Of a DNA stretch of 64,000 bases, positions 62,688 through 64,000 are shown piece after piece; the first letter of the stretch is position 1, and each line of letters opens with the position of its first letter. Source of the stretch: Tubulanus polymorphus. Taxonomy: Eukaryota; Animalia; Nemertea. The stretch spans positions 17,168,950 to 17,232,949 of the forward strand of contig NC_134029.1 of assembly GCF_964204645.1 (NCBI RefSeq), given 5' to 3'. A program made the translations under genes and the position numbers. Below the pieces are notes generated by a model. That model had not been told where the DNA came from. It ran no database searches and saw only the letters and a list, made by a program, of their open reading frames with translations.

Positions 62688-63790
62688 ATGGAAGGAGGTA
62701 AAGTATATGAACGGATAAAAGCTGATAAAGAAATCAATGATAATTTATATTATGTAATACCTTATAAAAGAATAAATGAATATATTGGAATATTGTTATT
62801 AAATGAATTAAATCAATACAAAGAATATTTAATTGAATGTAATAATGATATAAATAAAAAAGATAATATTAATGATAATATAGATAATATTCCTTCTACA
62901 TCTAATAATGTTATACCTTCTACATCTAATAATGTTATACCTTCTACATCTAATAATGTTATACCTTCTACATCTAATAATGTTTTACCTTCTACACCCA
63001 ATAATGAAATAATATTAAAATATAAGGATAAAATAAATTATTTTGTGGTTATTGTAATGGTGAATTTTCAAACAATCCATCAAATTGGAATAAACAAATG
63101 AATACAGCTTCACATATTAATAATGTAATAGATCGTGTTGGTATAAGAGAATTTATAGAACACCCATTTACATATGTTACAAAGTTTGTTTCAAATAAAA
63201 AAGTAAATGGTAAAGAATTATATGAAGATTTATTACGTGATTTCTTATTAGCAGCACCTAATAAAGATGAATTTCGAGTTAATTAAGTCGAATTTCGAGT
63301 TTTATTTTCATGTCGAATTTCGACTTAATTAGTCGAAATTCGACTTGACTAACACGAAATTCGACTTATTAAGTCGAAATTCGACTTATTATGTCGAAAT
63401 TCGACTTATTAAGTCGAAATCCGACTTATTATGTCGAAATTCGACTTATTATGTCGAAATTTGACTTATTAACACGAAATTCGACTTATTAAGTCGAAAT
63501 TATGAAAAAAAATATCTCATATGTCACCTAGGGGCTTCCGTAACGATGATAATGAAAATATAGTTACAGGAAAGCGTATTGATAATAAAGATTATGTGGA
63601 CACACTTTTAGCGAAAGATAAAGTAGAAACTATTGATGATGCGGTAGAAAGGATGTATAAGTATAAAAACAAAACAACTATTGATAAAGATTCGGTAAAT
63701 AGGATGAAAAAGGATTATGATGAAGAATTCGAAGAAGATACGGTAGAGAAATTGAATAGAGAAATTGATAGAGTCTGATGATGAAAGTGA
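62688..63790 (+). pseudogene. Homolog of the P2 273-aa Zn-finger gene, broken by a host repeat
   Basis: MEGGKVY start, NNVIPST repeats, FIEHPF. Confidence 0.75.
63271..63541. repeat. Host 20-bp minisatellite-bearing element inserted in P3
   Basis: About 11 aaattcgacttattaagtcg-type units; same family as 28236-28465. Confidence 0.8.
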
Positions 63791-63879
63791 TTCAAGTCCT
63801 AATTATTTTCATCTCAAATAATAATATTGGTTGAAAATTGTATAAATAGTATTTATTTTAAAAAATGGGACTTAAGCAT

Positions 63880-63995
63880 TAAGGTACTTAGTAAGGTACC
63901 AAGTAACTGGTGCTTAGTAAGGTACCAAGTAACAGGTACCAAGTAACTAGTAAGGTACCAAGTAACTAAGTAACATACTAAGTACTTAGTTACTT
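63880..63995. repeat. P3 internal short repeats (aggtaccaagtaac)
   Basis: Positionally equivalent to the P2 repeats at 32465-32790. Confidence 0.7.
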
Positions 63996-64000
63996 AAAAT

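Larger units (their letters stand above)
51396..64000 (+). mobile_element. Polinton-like endogenous virus P3 (decayed, runs out of the window)
   Basis: Palindromic terminus followed by pPolB and the structural block, colinear with P2 in the opposite orientation. Confidence 0.94.

Noticed and set aside
1-64000. Phage or free-virus contig
   Set aside because: TSDs, nested animal-type retrotransposons and a spliced kringle exon indicate chromosomal integration in a metazoan

Overview
AT-rich metazoan genomic DNA (a spliced kringle-domain exon at 24782-25012 is the only clear host gene piece) that forms a nest of mobile elements. It holds three large Polinton/Maverick-type endogenous viruses of one family and the end of a fourth. 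P1 (1311-17804) is complete, has a TATAAT target-site duplication and splits the tyrosine recombinase of a DIRS retrotransposon. P2 (28633-47563) is complete with a CACGTA duplication. P3 (51396 to the window end) is inserted in a BEL/Pao RT. P4 is a terminal remnant at 22901. P1 and P2 encode pPolB, integrase-chromodomain, packaging ATPase and putative major and minor capsid proteins; P3 shows pPolB and the capsid block. Main observations: (1) almost every viral gene starts at a T-run/5-7 nt spacer/TAAATG motif matching poxvirus late promoters, and P1 encodes a VLTF3/A2-like factor, suggesting a virophage-like parasite of a pox-like virus; (2) P1 pPolB carries a LAGLIDADG intein in its YxDTD motif, while P2 and P3 have the empty allele; (3) the termini of P2-P4 are 150-270 bp self-palindromes; (4) a 27-28 nt hairpin micro-insertion occurs three times, twice in frame inside viral genes. 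Protein assignments come from motif recognition only; no searches were run.
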